Shown: positions 28,245 through 37,917 of the stretch, piece after piece
Position numbering within the stretch: position 1 is the stretch's first letter
Layout: each line of letters opens with the position of its first letter
Assembly: GCA_963786955.1 (NCBI GenBank)
Contig: CAWBAT010000005.1
Location: 96,001-160,000 of the forward strand
Reading direction: 5' to 3'
DNA length: 64,000 nt
Source: an uncultured Acidimicrobiia bacterium
Lineage (GTDB): Bacteria > Acidobacteriota > Terriglobia > Versatilivoradales > Versatilivoraceae
Program-made: the position numbers and the translations under genes
The notes under the pieces: model-generated
Databases searched by the model: none
Seen by the model: the letters and a program-made list of their open reading frames with translations, nothing else
Told to the model about the DNA's origin: nothing

Positions 28245-28751
28245 ATGAATATCCATTTACTGCGACACGGGATTGCCGCGCCTTTGGCGGAAGAGAATGA
28301 TTTTCGAGATGAGAAAAGACGCCTGACGCCTGAAGGAGAGCTTAAGTTGCGCCGGGCAGCCCAGGGGTTGAAGCTCTTGCAGGTTTCTTTCGACCTGATT
28401 ATCAGTAGTCCGCTGATCCGCGCGAAGGAAACGGCGGAAATCGTCGCGGAAGTCCTCAAATTCAAACCCACCATTGAAATTTGGGATGAATTGGAACCCG
28501 AAGGAACCGCCGAATCTGTCTGTTTGCGGCTTCGCGCCCACTTGGAGAAAGGGTCTCTCCTGCTAGTCGGACACCAGCCGAGCATCGGGACTCTTGCCTC
28601 GTATTTGCTAACCGGCGACTCGAGCCGCTCCTTGCCTTTTAAGAAGGGTTCGATTTTTTCTCTGGAAATGACCGAGCTTCCTCCCGTCGGCATCGGAAAT
28701 CTTAATTGGATGCTCAGTTCCAGAATGTTAAGACAGATTGCTGGTCGCTAG
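28245..28751 (+). CDS. sixA: Phosphohistidine phosphatase SixA
   Basis: LLRHGIA, D..R.LT.EG, SSPLIRAKETA, LLVGHQP; ATG at 28245 after GGAGG. Confidence 0.9.
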   Translation: MNIHLLRHGIAAPLAEENDFRDEKRRLTPEGELKLRRAAQGLKLLQVSFDLIISSPLIRAKETAEIVAEVLKFKPTIEIWDELEPEGTAESVCLRLRAHLEKGSLLLVGHQPSIGTLASYLLTGDSSRSLPFKKGSIFSLEMTELPPVGIGNLNWMLSSRMLRQIAGR

Positions 28752-29893
28752 TGGTATGCGTCATAAATAACTTTACTTATATTACTGACTTGGCTATGAT
28801 GTCGAGTCATGAGAATAGCCCCGACGATTTTCCTTTCGACCGAAGAACACTCTATTTTGGAAACCTGGGCACGGAGTCGAAGCATGCCGCTGCGAGTCGT
28901 TCAGCGGGCGCAGATCATTCTGATGGCGGCCGAGGGTATGCAGAGTCAGGCGATCGCGCAGGCGCTGCGAGTATCTCGCCCACGGTGCAACTCTGGCGCG
29001 AGCGGTTTCTGGCGCTTCGCCTGGCGGGTCTGGAGAAGGATGCGCCGCGTCCCGGACGGCTTCCCAGAATTCCGGACGCCAAGATTCGAGCCGTCGTAGA
29101 AGCGACGCTGCATAGCACGCCGCCGAATGCGACGCACTGGAGCACCCGCACCATGGCCGAGGCTCAGGGCTCAGCGAAGCCACGGTCCGGCGCATCTGGC
29201 AGCAGCACCGTCTCAAGCCCCACCTGACGAAGACCTTCAAGCTCAGCCGCGACAAGCGGTTCATCGAGAAACTGTGCGACGTCGTGGGCCTGTACCTGAA
29301 TCCGCCCGACAAGGCGCTGGTGCTGTGCGTCGACGAGAAGAGCCAGATCCAGGCGCTGGACCGAACTCAGCCCGGGTCTGCCGTTGAGGCAGCGGGCGTT
29401 GCGGCACCCAGACCCACGACTACAAACGCCACGGCACCACGACGCTGTTGCCGCCCTGAGCATGCTCGACGGCAAGGTGATCGGCGACTGCATGCCGCGG
29501 CACCGCCATCAGGAGTTCATCCGGTTTCTCAAGCGGATCGACGTGCCAGACGCCCGACGAGCTGGACCTGCATCTGATCGTCGACAACTACGGCACGCAC
29601 AAGCATCCCCGCGTCAAGTGTCCTGGCTGCGACGGCATCCCCGGTTTCATCTGCACTTCACTCCGACATCCAGTTCTTGGCTCAATATGGTCGAACGCTG
29701 GTTTCGCGAGATCACCGACAAACGCATTCGCCGCGGTTCTTTCGGCAGCGTTCCCGATCTGATTGCCGCCATTCGCAGACGTACTTGCGAGAACCACAAC
29801 CAGAATCCTCAGGTCTTCGTTTGGAAGCCACCGCTGAAAAAATCCTGGCCAAAGATCGCCAAATGTAAAGAAGCGTTAGACGCACTACACTAG
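28748..29893. mobile_element. IS630-family insertion sequence, about 1.15 kb
   Basis: Bounded by CTAG at both ends; imperfect terminal IRs (CTAGTGGTATGCGTC vs reverse complement CTAGTGTAGTGCGTC); visibly higher GC than the flanks. Confidence 0.88.
28809..29893 (+). pseudogene. IS630 transposase with multiple frameshifts
   Basis: Fragments in several frames: [87 protein letters not shown]. Confidence 0.88.
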
Positions 29894-29926
29894 ATTGGAA
29901 TTTGGATTTATCATTCATAATCGCTT

Positions 29927-30994
29927 TTGAACTCAATGAGGACTCAGCCACTTCACTCATGGATCCTCGATTCGGGAGGAGCAGGTCGCGGGGCATGGCA
30001 AGGCGGAGTCATTTATGAACTCATGCGTTGGGCACGCCAGAACGATTGCTACCCCCACATTTCGATGGGCGCTTCAGCAGGTGGGTATGCAGCCGCTGAC
30101 GTCGCTACAGAAACAGAGGAAACGGTCATCAAAGGGTGGACGAAATGGGGAAAGGAAATACTCCCACCCGCAAACCAGGCGCCGGAGGAATTCAAGAGTT
30201 TCTGGGGGCTCAGCCAATTCCGTTTGCATTTAATCAAGTCCATTGAATATGTCATGGGTCCCCGCGAAGTCAGAGCTGTCTTTAACAACCGAGCGGGAAA
30301 AAAACTATTGATCTTTACAACGCGTGTCCGGAGAAAAGATGGAGGGCCCTTCACGCAGCAAGACAGTTTTCGTCTTTTTATTCAGTCCTTACTTCGAAAG
30401 ATTCCCAAACCGCTAAAGTACCTTCCGAGCCTTTATCGACAAGATCCCGTCGTGTTCGCCCATCCGCTTCCGGATCCATTGCACTCGGATTTCGTTCGTC
30501 CTCTCACCCCCGCAAACTACCACCGCGTCATCGAAGCCTCCTGCCTGGTTCCCTTAGCCATGGGAGTTCCTTTGCAACCCCATCAGATCGGCGCGAATGA
30601 TACCATTGACCATCCCGTTTTTGCCGGCGACGCAAAGGCTATTTTTATGGATGGAAGTTTTGGACTTAAGATGCCGATGGCACTTTTTCAAGAGGATGTT
30701 CGATTTAGACCTGTCGCAGAGTGGGCCAAGGCTGAAAAGACAATCATTTTTTCCTGCGATCCACGCGGGAAACTTTGGGAGACCAGCTCGCGACTGCGAA
30801 GCCTGAATCATTACCCTTCTGTCCAGGAAGACAAGAAGGGAAGTCGGCTCTTGGTCATTTATCCAGACCACAAAGTCGAAGCCGGTTTCCTCTGTTATAA
30901 CAATCCGGTCATCCTAAGAACTTTTCAGCGGGGGCAAGAGCAAGCAGGTCGGCTGATGAAATCGGATGAATTTCAGCGATTTTTTGGAATCTAA
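29927..30994 (+). CDS. Patatin-like phospholipase family protein
   Basis: DSGGAGRG oxyanion motif, GASAG nucleophile elbow, ASCLVP, MDGS catalytic Asp; start may be ATG at 29936. Confidence 0.75.
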   Translation: MNSMRTQPLHSWILDSGGAGRGAWQGGVIYELMRWARQNDCYPHISMGASAGGYAAADVATETEETVIKGWTKWGKEILPPANQAPEEFKSFWGLSQFRLHLIKSIEYVMGPREVRAVFNNRAGKKLLIFTTRVRRKDGGPFTQQDSFRLFIQSLLRKIPKPLKYLPSLYRQDPVVFAHPLPDPLHSDFVRPLTPANYHRVIEASCLVPLAMGVPLQPHQIGANDTIDHPVFAGDAKAIFMDGSFGLKMPMALFQEDVRFRPVAEWAKAEKTIIFSCDPRGKLWETSSRLRSLNHYPSVQEDKKGSRLLVIYPDHKVEAGFLCYNNPVILRTFQRGQEQAGRLMKSDEFQRFFGI

Positions 30995-31363
30995 GGAAAG
31001 GATGGATCTTTCATACCAAGTCGCATTCAAACGGTGACAGTCTAAATTCCCTTCCGCTGGAGACATTCAATGTCAAGCCCAAATTGTACTTGTCGAATTT
31101 GTCAGACCGTAGATAGAAACTTTAGCGCTGAATTCGACATTTGAGTTTAGTAACAGGTCTGGTCCCCTAATGGTACGGCGGGATTCCGTCTGAAAAGGTG
31201 AGTGAAGTTCAAGGATCTGTGGGTGGATCTTCTCATTCGTATGTGGGTTCAGCTCCAGCCACTGGTCTGATCCTCGAGATGGCCGGTAAAACCGAATTGG
31301 ATAACGGAAGAAAGATTCGGCAGGGACAGGTTAGCGAGCCAAAAGAGAAAATTAAAGCGTCCC

Positions 31364-31392
31364 TTGACTGGTGCCGATTTGATGGCTAGAAT
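31364..31392 (+). promoter_or_regulatory. Sigma70-type promoter of the arsR-malic enzyme-Ehr region
   Basis: TTGACT-N17-TAGAAT, each hexamer one mismatch from consensus, 55 bp upstream of the arsR ATG. Confidence 0.65.
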
Positions 31393-31410
31393 ATGCATGA
31401 ATGCGCAAAT
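31391..31410. promoter_or_regulatory. Putative ArsR operator (ATATGC-N8-GCAAAT)
   Basis: Imperfect palindrome (GAATATGC...GCAAATTC) overlapping the -10 box, the usual position for ArsR/SmtB autorepression. Confidence 0.5.
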
Positions 31411-31447
31411 TCTTGGATTTGCACCCACTGTGAGGAGAGAAACTGGG

Positions 31448-31798
31448 ATGAGGCAACAGCTAAGCAACTTCAAAGCGGATTTCTTCAAAGCGCTGGCACA
31501 CCCCCTCCGCATTTCCATCCTGGATGCCCTGCGGGATGGCGAACTGACTGTGAATGAGATTAGCCAGAAATTCTCGGTGGAGCCCCCTAATGCCTCCCAA
31601 CAGTTGGCCGTGTTGCGGAATAAGAACATTATTATGGCGCGCAAAGATGGGGCCAATGTTTACTACTCCATCAGTGATCCCACTCTTTTCAAGCTGTTGG
31701 ACGTGGCCCGGGAAATATTCAACCACCACCTGATCGGAGTGCGCGGCATGCTGGAGGCGATGAAATTGGAACGACCTGGAAAGACGGCGCGCTATTAG
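31448..31798 (+). CDS. ArsR/SmtB family transcriptional regulator, Rv0081-like
   Basis: FKADFFKALAHPLRISILDAL, SQQLAVLR, RKDG.NVYY, LLDVAR; ATG at 31448 after GAGGAG. Confidence 0.9.
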   Translation: MRQQLSNFKADFFKALAHPLRISILDALRDGELTVNEISQKFSVEPPNASQQLAVLRNKNIIMARKDGANVYYSISDPTLFKLLDVAREIFNHHLIGVRGMLEAMKLERPGKTARY

Positions 31799-31851
31799 GT
31801 TGGGAGTTTTGTTCCGGATCGCATTGGGGTCCGGACTTTTTTAACTTAACT

Positions 31852-31879
31852 ATCTGCAAACTTGTGCACTTTCGCAGAT
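31852..31879. promoter_or_regulatory. Putative second, double ArsR operator
   Basis: ATCTGC-N8-GCACTT overlapping ACTTGT-N8-GCAGAT; same half-site pattern and spacing as 31391-31410. Confidence 0.4.
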
Positions 31880-31971
31880 TAGAGCAGTTGGCGGAGATCG
31901 GGTCATTTCGCGAACGGCCGCCGCTAACAGACCCGCACATTAAACATTCCTGCGAAGGGAGGAGATTGCGA

Positions 31972-32211
31972 ATGCCGGATTACATTCTCGAGGATCGTCT
32001 CATCCAAAGGCTTGAAATTTCATCTGTGGATTTGCAGCGATTCGCGCGAAAGGGGATGATTCAGGGTGTCGAGAAGAATGGCCTCGTCTTCTATTCGTCG
32101 CGCGAGTTCTACAGGCTGAAAAGAGCGTTGCATTACATGCACACTGAGGACTGCGAAACAAAGCCGATGCGAAACACAAGTAACAAAGAGCTGAAAAAGT
32201 TTTTCTCTTAG
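31972..32211 (+). CDS. Small hypothetical protein, possibly MerR-type HTH / CbpM-like
   Basis: 79 aa from MPDYIL with GGGAGGAG RBS; L.IS...L..F..KG.I...E.NG..FYS......L pattern; its TAG overlaps the next GTG. Confidence 0.5.
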   Translation: MPDYILEDRLIQRLEISSVDLQRFARKGMIQGVEKNGLVFYSSREFYRLKRALHYMHTEDCETKPMRNTSNKELKKFFS

Positions 32212-33704
32212 TGGAAACCAAGCACGCTTGGGTACACGAGCAGACCTCCGAGGTAAAAGCAAAGGCCACACTGAGCATGACAAAGAAAACTACCCCTCCC
32301 CCTAACATTAGTTACACCTTCACGGTTCGTCTTCGTTTTCAAAACCGGGTTGGAAAATTGGCTGAAGTCATTTCTGCCATTGGCCGGGCTGGCGGAGACA
32401 TGGGTGCAGTGGACATCGTCCGGGTCGAGCCCAAGATCATGGTGAGGGATTTGACAATCCATGCGCGCGATGAGGAGCACGAAAGGGAGATCGTTCAAAC
32501 AATCCGGTCTTTGCCTAGTGTATCGGTGGTCAACGTTTCTGACCGCGTTTTCCTGCTGCATCTTGGAGGAAAGATTCAGATTCAGAACAAGGTCAGTGTG
32601 AATACCCGCGACATCCTGTCGATGGCGTATACGCCGGGGGTAGCCCGGGTCTGCAAGGCCATCGCCGAGGATAAGAGCAAGGTCAATCAGCTCACCATTA
32701 AAATGAATTCCGTTGCCGTGGTAAGCGACGGTTCGGCTGTGCTCGGCTTGGGGAACATCGGACCTGAAGCTGCGCTCCCCGTAATGGAGGGGAAGGCGAT
32801 GTTGTTTAAAGAATTCGCAGACATTGACGCCTACCCGATCTGCCTCCGGACACAGGATGTGGACGAAATAGTGACAACAGTCAAGAACATGGCTGTAGGT
32901 TTCGGGGGTATTAATTTGGAGGACATCAGTGCGCCGCGCTGCTTCGAAGTGGAGAAGAGGCTACGCGAAGAACTCGATATCCCGGTCATGCACGATGATC
33001 AGCACGGGACAGCCGTCGTGGTGCTGGCGGGGCTTCGGAATGCTCTGAAGCTGGTTAAGAAACAGCTCAATCGCATTAAAATTGTCATCGTGGGATCCGG
33101 CGCTGCAGGGACAGCCACTGCTCGGATTCTTTACTCGGCCGGCGCCAGAAACATCGTGGTTTGCCACCGGCGGGGGATTCTCGAGCCCAGCCACTTTGAG
33201 ATCTTGGGCGATGTGCAGAACTGGCTGTTAGAGAAGACGAATCCCCAGCACCTTCGTGGCAATCTTTCCAGAGCCATTGAGAAAGCGGACGTCTTCATCG
33301 GCGTCTCCGGACCCGGAGTATTGAACCGGCGCCTGATCCAAAAAATGGCTAAGAATGCAATCATCTTTGCGCTCGCTAATCCGGAGCCTGAGATCTCTCC
33401 TCAGGAAGCCCTGGGATATTGCCGAATCTTGGCTACCGGCCGCAGCGATTTACCCAACCAGATCAACAATGCCTTGGCGTTTCCGGGCATCTTCCGAGGC
33501 GCCCTGGATGCATGGGCTTCTCAAATCAATGAAGCGATGAAGCTGGCGGCGGCTAGGGCCATTGCCGACGGAATCAGTGTCGCTGAGCTTAATGAAGAAT
33601 ACATCGTTCCCAGTGTCTTTAACCGGCGAGTTGCGCGTCAGGTGGCCAGGGCAGTAGCCGCGGCGGCATACCGGTCCGGGGTGGCGCGGAGGCGATCGAA
33701 TTGA
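32211..33704 (+). CDS. Malic enzyme with N-terminal ACT domain
   Basis: ACT ([20 protein letters not shown]), [59 protein letters not shown]; alternative ATG at 32277. Confidence 0.93.
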   Translation: METKHAWVHEQTSEVKAKATLSMTKKTTPPPNISYTFTVRLRFQNRVGKLAEVISAIGRAGGDMGAVDIVRVEPKIMVRDLTIHARDEEHEREIVQTIRSLPSVSVVNVSDRVFLLHLGGKIQIQNKVSVNTRDILSMAYTPGVARVCKAIAEDKSKVNQLTIKMNSVAVVSDGSAVLGLGNIGPEAALPVMEGKAMLFKEFADIDAYPICLRTQDVDEIVTTVKNMAVGFGGINLEDISAPRCFEVEKRLREELDIPVMHDDQHGTAVVVLAGLRNALKLVKKQLNRIKIVIVGSGAAGTATARILYSAGARNIVVCHRRGILEPSHFEILGDVQNWLLEKTNPQHLRGNLSRAIEKADVFIGVSGPGVLNRRLIQKMAKNAIIFALANPEPEISPQEALGYCRILATGRSDLPNQINNALAFPGIFRGALDAWASQINEAMKLAAARAIADGISVAELNEEYIVPSVFNRRVARQVARAVAAAAYRSGVARRRSN

Positions 33705-33720
33705 GGGAGCTTCAGTTTTA

Positions 33721-35811
33721 ATGGAACCAAGGCTTCTCGTCATTTTTCTATTACAAGTCTGTCTTGGGTCATATGTTGTCGGGGCGGCGGCGTCCTTCGC
33801 GTTGACTCGTTTCCCCCGTGCTGCCAGCCTGACAGGATTCTCTGGGGCACAGATCGGCGGGCTGGCCGGAGTCTTGGCTTCGCTGACCAGCCTTACTCAA
33901 GGCGCATCGCCGGCCTGGACGGTCTTTCCAGCCGCAATGCCTTTAGTTCGTTTTTCTGTTCATCTCGATCCTTTGGCGGCTTTCTTCACGCTAGTGATCT
34001 CTCTCGTGGGGGTGGCCATTTCCATTTATTCCTACGGCTACGTCACGCCGTATTTCGGTGTCAAGAATGTGGGGAGTCTGGCGGGCTTCTTCAATCTCCT
34101 ACTGCTCGCCACGACGCTTATCTTTTGTGCCGATAATGCCGTCTTCCTTCTCATTGCCTGGGAGTTGATGGCCCTCTTTGCTTTTGTGCTGGTGGTTTTT
34201 GAGCATGAACACCTGGAAACACGGCGAGCTGGCCAGTTGTATTTCGTCATGTCGCACATCGGGGTTGGCTGTCTGATCCTGGGTTTTCTACTTCTATTTC
34301 AGGTTAGCGGCAGCTTCCGTTTTGAGAATCTTCATCATATTGGAGCGCAGCTTTCGCTGTCGCAACGCACGGCGGCCTTTCTTCTTTTCTGCGCGGGATT
34401 TGGAATCAAGGCCGGAGTCATTCCGTTGCATATCTGGCTACCCGCGGCCCATCCTGTTGCCCCCAGCAATATTTCGGCGTTCATGTCCGGTGTCATCATT
34501 AAGACCGGGATTTATGGGATGGTCCGAGTATTCTTTGACTTTTTAACTCCACCTCCTGTCTCTTGGGGTCTTTTAATCCTCACTGCCGGATCGGTGTCGG
34601 CTCTGCTGGGTGTGCTTTATGCCCTGGTGGAGCACGATCTCAAGCGCTTGCTGGCATTTCACAGTATCGAGAATATTGGGATCATCCTAATGGGTCTGGG
34701 AGCCTCGTTACTCTTCATCTCGTTTGGTCATCCCGTCCTTGCCGCGCTGGCTTTGGTCGCGGGCCTTTATCACACGTTGAATCATGCCTGCTTCAAAGGC
34801 CTCCTGTTCTTGGGCGCCGGAGCGGTGCTTCACGCCACGGGAACCAAAAACATGGAAGAGTTGGGTGGGTTGATTCGCCGTCTCCCGTGGACTGCCTTCC
34901 TCTTCCTGCTGGGAGCCATAGCCATCTCGGGTCTTCCTCCGCTGAATGGGTTCATCAGCGAATGGTTGACCTACCAAGCCCTTCTCCAGGGCTTTGGTGC
35001 CACCACGATTGCTGTGCGGCTGATTTTCCCGATAAGCGGGGCCTTGTTGGCTCTTACAGGCGCGTTGGCAGCAGCTTGTTTTGTTAAAGCCGTGGGGATC
35101 ACCTTTCTTTCGTTGCCGCGAAGCCCTCAGGCAGAAAAAGCCCACGAGGCGCCAGGCTCGATGCTTCTCGGCATGTCGATTCTAGGACTAGCTTGCATCG
35201 TGCTTGGCGTGTTTCCCAAGGTGTTCCTCCCGTTATTGGATCCGGTCACCCAGCAGTTCCTGGGGCAAACAATCAGCTCCCAACTGATCGCAGGGAATGG
35301 CTGGATCCTGACGTCTCTGGGGGTTGAACGGGGATCGCTCTCAACACTAGGGATCGCCGCACTGTTTCTCGTGCTGCTGCCCTTGCCTCTCATTTTGTGG
35401 TTCGTTTTCTCGCGGCGTGGCAGCCATCGCGTGGATGCAACCTGGGACTGCGGACTGGATCGTTTGACCCCGGAAATGGAGTACACCGCGACCGCTTATT
35501 CGAAGCCTTTGCGCATGATCTTTCAGGCGATTTACCGGCCACGACGGCGTATTCAGGCCGACTTCGGCGTATCACGGTACTTCACCAAGTCGATTCGCTT
35601 TGAGAGCCACATTGAGCCAACCTTTGAGCAGTTGATTTATCGTCCAGTCAATCGCGCCATTCTGCGCTTTTCCAGGCGCGTCCGCCTGATTCAAACCGGG
35701 AGTCTTACGACCTACCTGGTTTACATCTTTCTCACCCTGATTGCTTTGCTGCTCTGGGAGAAGATTCAGTACGATACGGGCGACCTGCGGGAGGCCTTGC
35801 CGTGGTTCTAA
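33721..35811 (+). CDS. hyfB: Ehr / hydrogenase-4 HyfB-like antiporter subunit, copy 1
   Basis: AWELM, KAG..PLH.WLP.AHP.APS, KTGIYG, DLKRLLAFHSIENIG, NHACFKGLLFL, PPLNGF.SEW, TWDCG. Confidence 0.9.
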   Translation: MEPRLLVIFLLQVCLGSYVVGAAASFALTRFPRAASLTGFSGAQIGGLAGVLASLTSLTQGASPAWTVFPAAMPLVRFSVHLDPLAAFFTLVISLVGVAISIYSYGYVTPYFGVKNVGSLAGFFNLLLLATTLIFCADNAVFLLIAWELMALFAFVLVVFEHEHLETRRAGQLYFVMSHIGVGCLILGFLLLFQVSGSFRFENLHHIGAQLSLSQRTAAFLLFCAGFGIKAGVIPLHIWLPAAHPVAPSNISAFMSGVIIKTGIYGMVRVFFDFLTPPPVSWGLLILTAGSVSALLGVLYALVEHDLKRLLAFHSIENIGIILMGLGASLLFISFGHPVLAALALVAGLYHTLNHACFKGLLFLGAGAVLHATGTKNMEELGGLIRRLPWTAFLFLLGAIAISGLPPLNGFISEWLTYQALLQGFGATTIAVRLIFPISGALLALTGALAAACFVKAVGITFLSLPRSPQAEKAHEAPGSMLLGMSILGLACIVLGVFPKVFLPLLDPVTQQFLGQTISSQLIAGNGWILTSLGVERGSLSTLGIAALFLVLLPLPLILWFVFSRRGSHRVDATWDCGLDRLTPEMEYTATAYSKPLRMIFQAIYRPRRRIQADFGVSRYFTKSIRFESHIEPTFEQLIYRPVNRAILRFSRRVRLIQTGSLTTYLVYIFLTLIALLLWEKIQYDTGDLREALPWF

Positions 35812-35865
35812 TTCTCGGCTGCCTGTCTCGACTGCCTCACGCCACTAAAGGAGAGTTACTCTAGG

Positions 35866-37917
35866 ATGGCTTCTGACCAGAGTATCTTTTTGCTATTCCG
35901 TTCCTGCCTGCTTGCCTATCTCGTTGGCGCGGCTCTCGCACTTGCATTCACGCGTCAGCAGAGACTGGCCAATGCGTTGGGGTTTTCAAGCTCCTGCCTC
36001 GGAGGCCTCGCCGGCATGACTGCCTCGTATTTGTGCCTGCAACATGCAGCCTCGCCGGGGTTTGACCTCTTGCCTTTCGCGACACCACTGTTTCCGTTCG
36101 CCGTGAAACTGGACCCACTGGCCGCGTTTTTCGTTCTGCTCATTTCGCTATCGGCGGTGGCTATTTCCATCTACTCCATCGGCTATGCGGCGCACTACTA
36201 TGGGACCAAGAATGTGGGCGCCCTGGCCGCCTTTTTTAACTTGCTGCTGCTGGCTAACACGCTGGTCTTTTGTGCCAGCCACGCCGTCTTTTTTCTGGTG
36301 GTGTGGGAAGTCATGGCTCTGGCTGCATTTGTGCTGGTCAGCTTTGAGCACGAGAAGCCCAAGACCCAGCAAGCCGGCGTCTTGTTTTTTGTGATGTCCC
36401 ATATTGGAACAGGCTGTCTGGTGCTTGGGTACCTGCTGCTTCATAAAGCAGCCGGAGGTTTTCGATTTGAAGACTTCCACCTGTTGGGGACAAAGCTTTC
36501 GCCGCTCGAGCGACACGCCGCTTTCTTCCTTTTCCTGGTGGGATTCGGCGTTAAGGCTGGAATGATTCCGCTGCATGTCTGGCTTCCAGAAGCACACCCC
36601 GTAGCACCTTCCAATGTTTCGGCGCTCATGTCTGGTGTGTTGCTCAAGAGTGGCATCTACGGGCTGCTTCGCGTTCTCTTGGATTTTCTGGCCCCCCCCA
36701 CTGCCTGGTGGGGGATCACTTTACTGGTGCTGGGTTCAGTCTCTGCCTTGCTGGGCGTGCTTTACGCGCTCGTCCAGAAAGACCTGAAACGCCTGCTGGC
36801 TTTCAGCAGCCTGGAGAACATCGGCATCATTCTGATGGGTATGGGCGCCTCGTTGATGCTCAGCTCGTTTGGCAAGCCGGTCCTAGCCGCCTTAGCACTC
36901 ATGGCGGGGCTTTATCACACTCTCAATCATGCCTGCTTCAAAGGCCTGCTGTTTCTAGGGGCAGGTGCGGTATTGAACGGCGCTCACACCAAGGATCTGG
37001 AAAAACTGGGCGGACTGGTCCGCAGGATGCCGAAGACCACGTTCCTTTTTCTTCTGGGTGCCGTTGCCCTTTGCGGCTTCCCGCCTCTGAACGGATTTGT
37101 CAGTGAGTGGCTCACTTACCAGGCATTGCTGCAAGGCTACAGCGCCACCGTACGGCTGGTCCGACTGAACTTTCCCATTGCGGGGGCCTTGCTGGCTCTA
37201 ACCGGGGCGCTGGCCGCTGCCTGCTTCGTCAAAGCCGTAGGGATTACATTCCTCTCCCTCCCGCGCAGCTCACAGGCCGAATCGGCCCAAGAAGCCTCAG
37301 CCTCCATGCTGCTCGGCATGGGACTTTTCGGGCTCGCGTGCATTTTTCTGGGACTGTTTCCACAGGTACTGCTTCGGTTGATGGATCCGATTACCCAGCA
37401 GTTGCTGGGAACCGCCATCAGCCCGCAACTGATAGCCGGCAACGGTTGGATCCTGACTGCACTTGGCGTCTCTGAGGGTTCAATTTCGATGGTGGGGATG
37501 CTCTCGATCTTCCTGGTTCTGCTGCCGCTCCCTGCAGGGTTGTGGTGGGTTTGGTCCAGACGAGAAAAAGCAGGCATCGATGAGACCTGGGACTGCGGAC
37601 TGGATCGTTTGACCCCGGAAATGGAGTACACCGGGACGGCTTACTCCAAACCGTTGCAAATGATTTTCCGCGCCATCTATCGGCCGCGGCGGCAAGTCCA
37701 GGCTGACTTTGCCGTCTCGCGCTATTTCACGCAATCCATTCGCTTTGAAAGCCAAATTGAGCCCACTTTCGAGAAGTGGCTCTACCGGCCGGTGAATCGG
37801 GCGCTTCTGCGGTTCTCCAGACGGATTCGCCTGTTGCAGGCCGGAAGCCTCTCGGCCTACTTGTTTTACATCTTTGTCACACTCTTGACTTTGTTGCTGT
37901 GGGAGAGAACCCGATGA
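35866..37917 (+). CDS. hyfB: Ehr / hydrogenase-4 HyfB-like antiporter subunit, copy 2
   Basis: Full-length collinear paralog of 33721-35811 with the same motifs; LLAFSSLENIG in place of LLAFHSIENIG. Confidence 0.9.
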   Translation: MASDQSIFLLFRSCLLAYLVGAALALAFTRQQRLANALGFSSSCLGGLAGMTASYLCLQHAASPGFDLLPFATPLFPFAVKLDPLAAFFVLLISLSAVAISIYSIGYAAHYYGTKNVGALAAFFNLLLLANTLVFCASHAVFFLVVWEVMALAAFVLVSFEHEKPKTQQAGVLFFVMSHIGTGCLVLGYLLLHKAAGGFRFEDFHLLGTKLSPLERHAAFFLFLVGFGVKAGMIPLHVWLPEAHPVAPSNVSALMSGVLLKSGIYGLLRVLLDFLAPPTAWWGITLLVLGSVSALLGVLYALVQKDLKRLLAFSSLENIGIILMGMGASLMLSSFGKPVLAALALMAGLYHTLNHACFKGLLFLGAGAVLNGAHTKDLEKLGGLVRRMPKTTFLFLLGAVALCGFPPLNGFVSEWLTYQALLQGYSATVRLVRLNFPIAGALLALTGALAAACFVKAVGITFLSLPRSSQAESAQEASASMLLGMGLFGLACIFLGLFPQVLLRLMDPITQQLLGTAISPQLIAGNGWILTALGVSEGSISMVGMLSIFLVLLPLPAGLWWVWSRREKAGIDETWDCGLDRLTPEMEYTGTAYSKPLQMIFRAIYRPRRQVQADFAVSRYFTQSIRFESQIEPTFEKWLYRPVNRALLRFSRRIRLLQAGSLSAYLFYIFVTLLTLLLWERTR

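Noticed and set aside
30995-31363. Riboswitch or ncRNA upstream of arsR
   Set aside because: Only a weak inverted repeat (tgtcgaatt...aattcgaca); no family I can recognise. An Rfam/Infernal scan would decide it.
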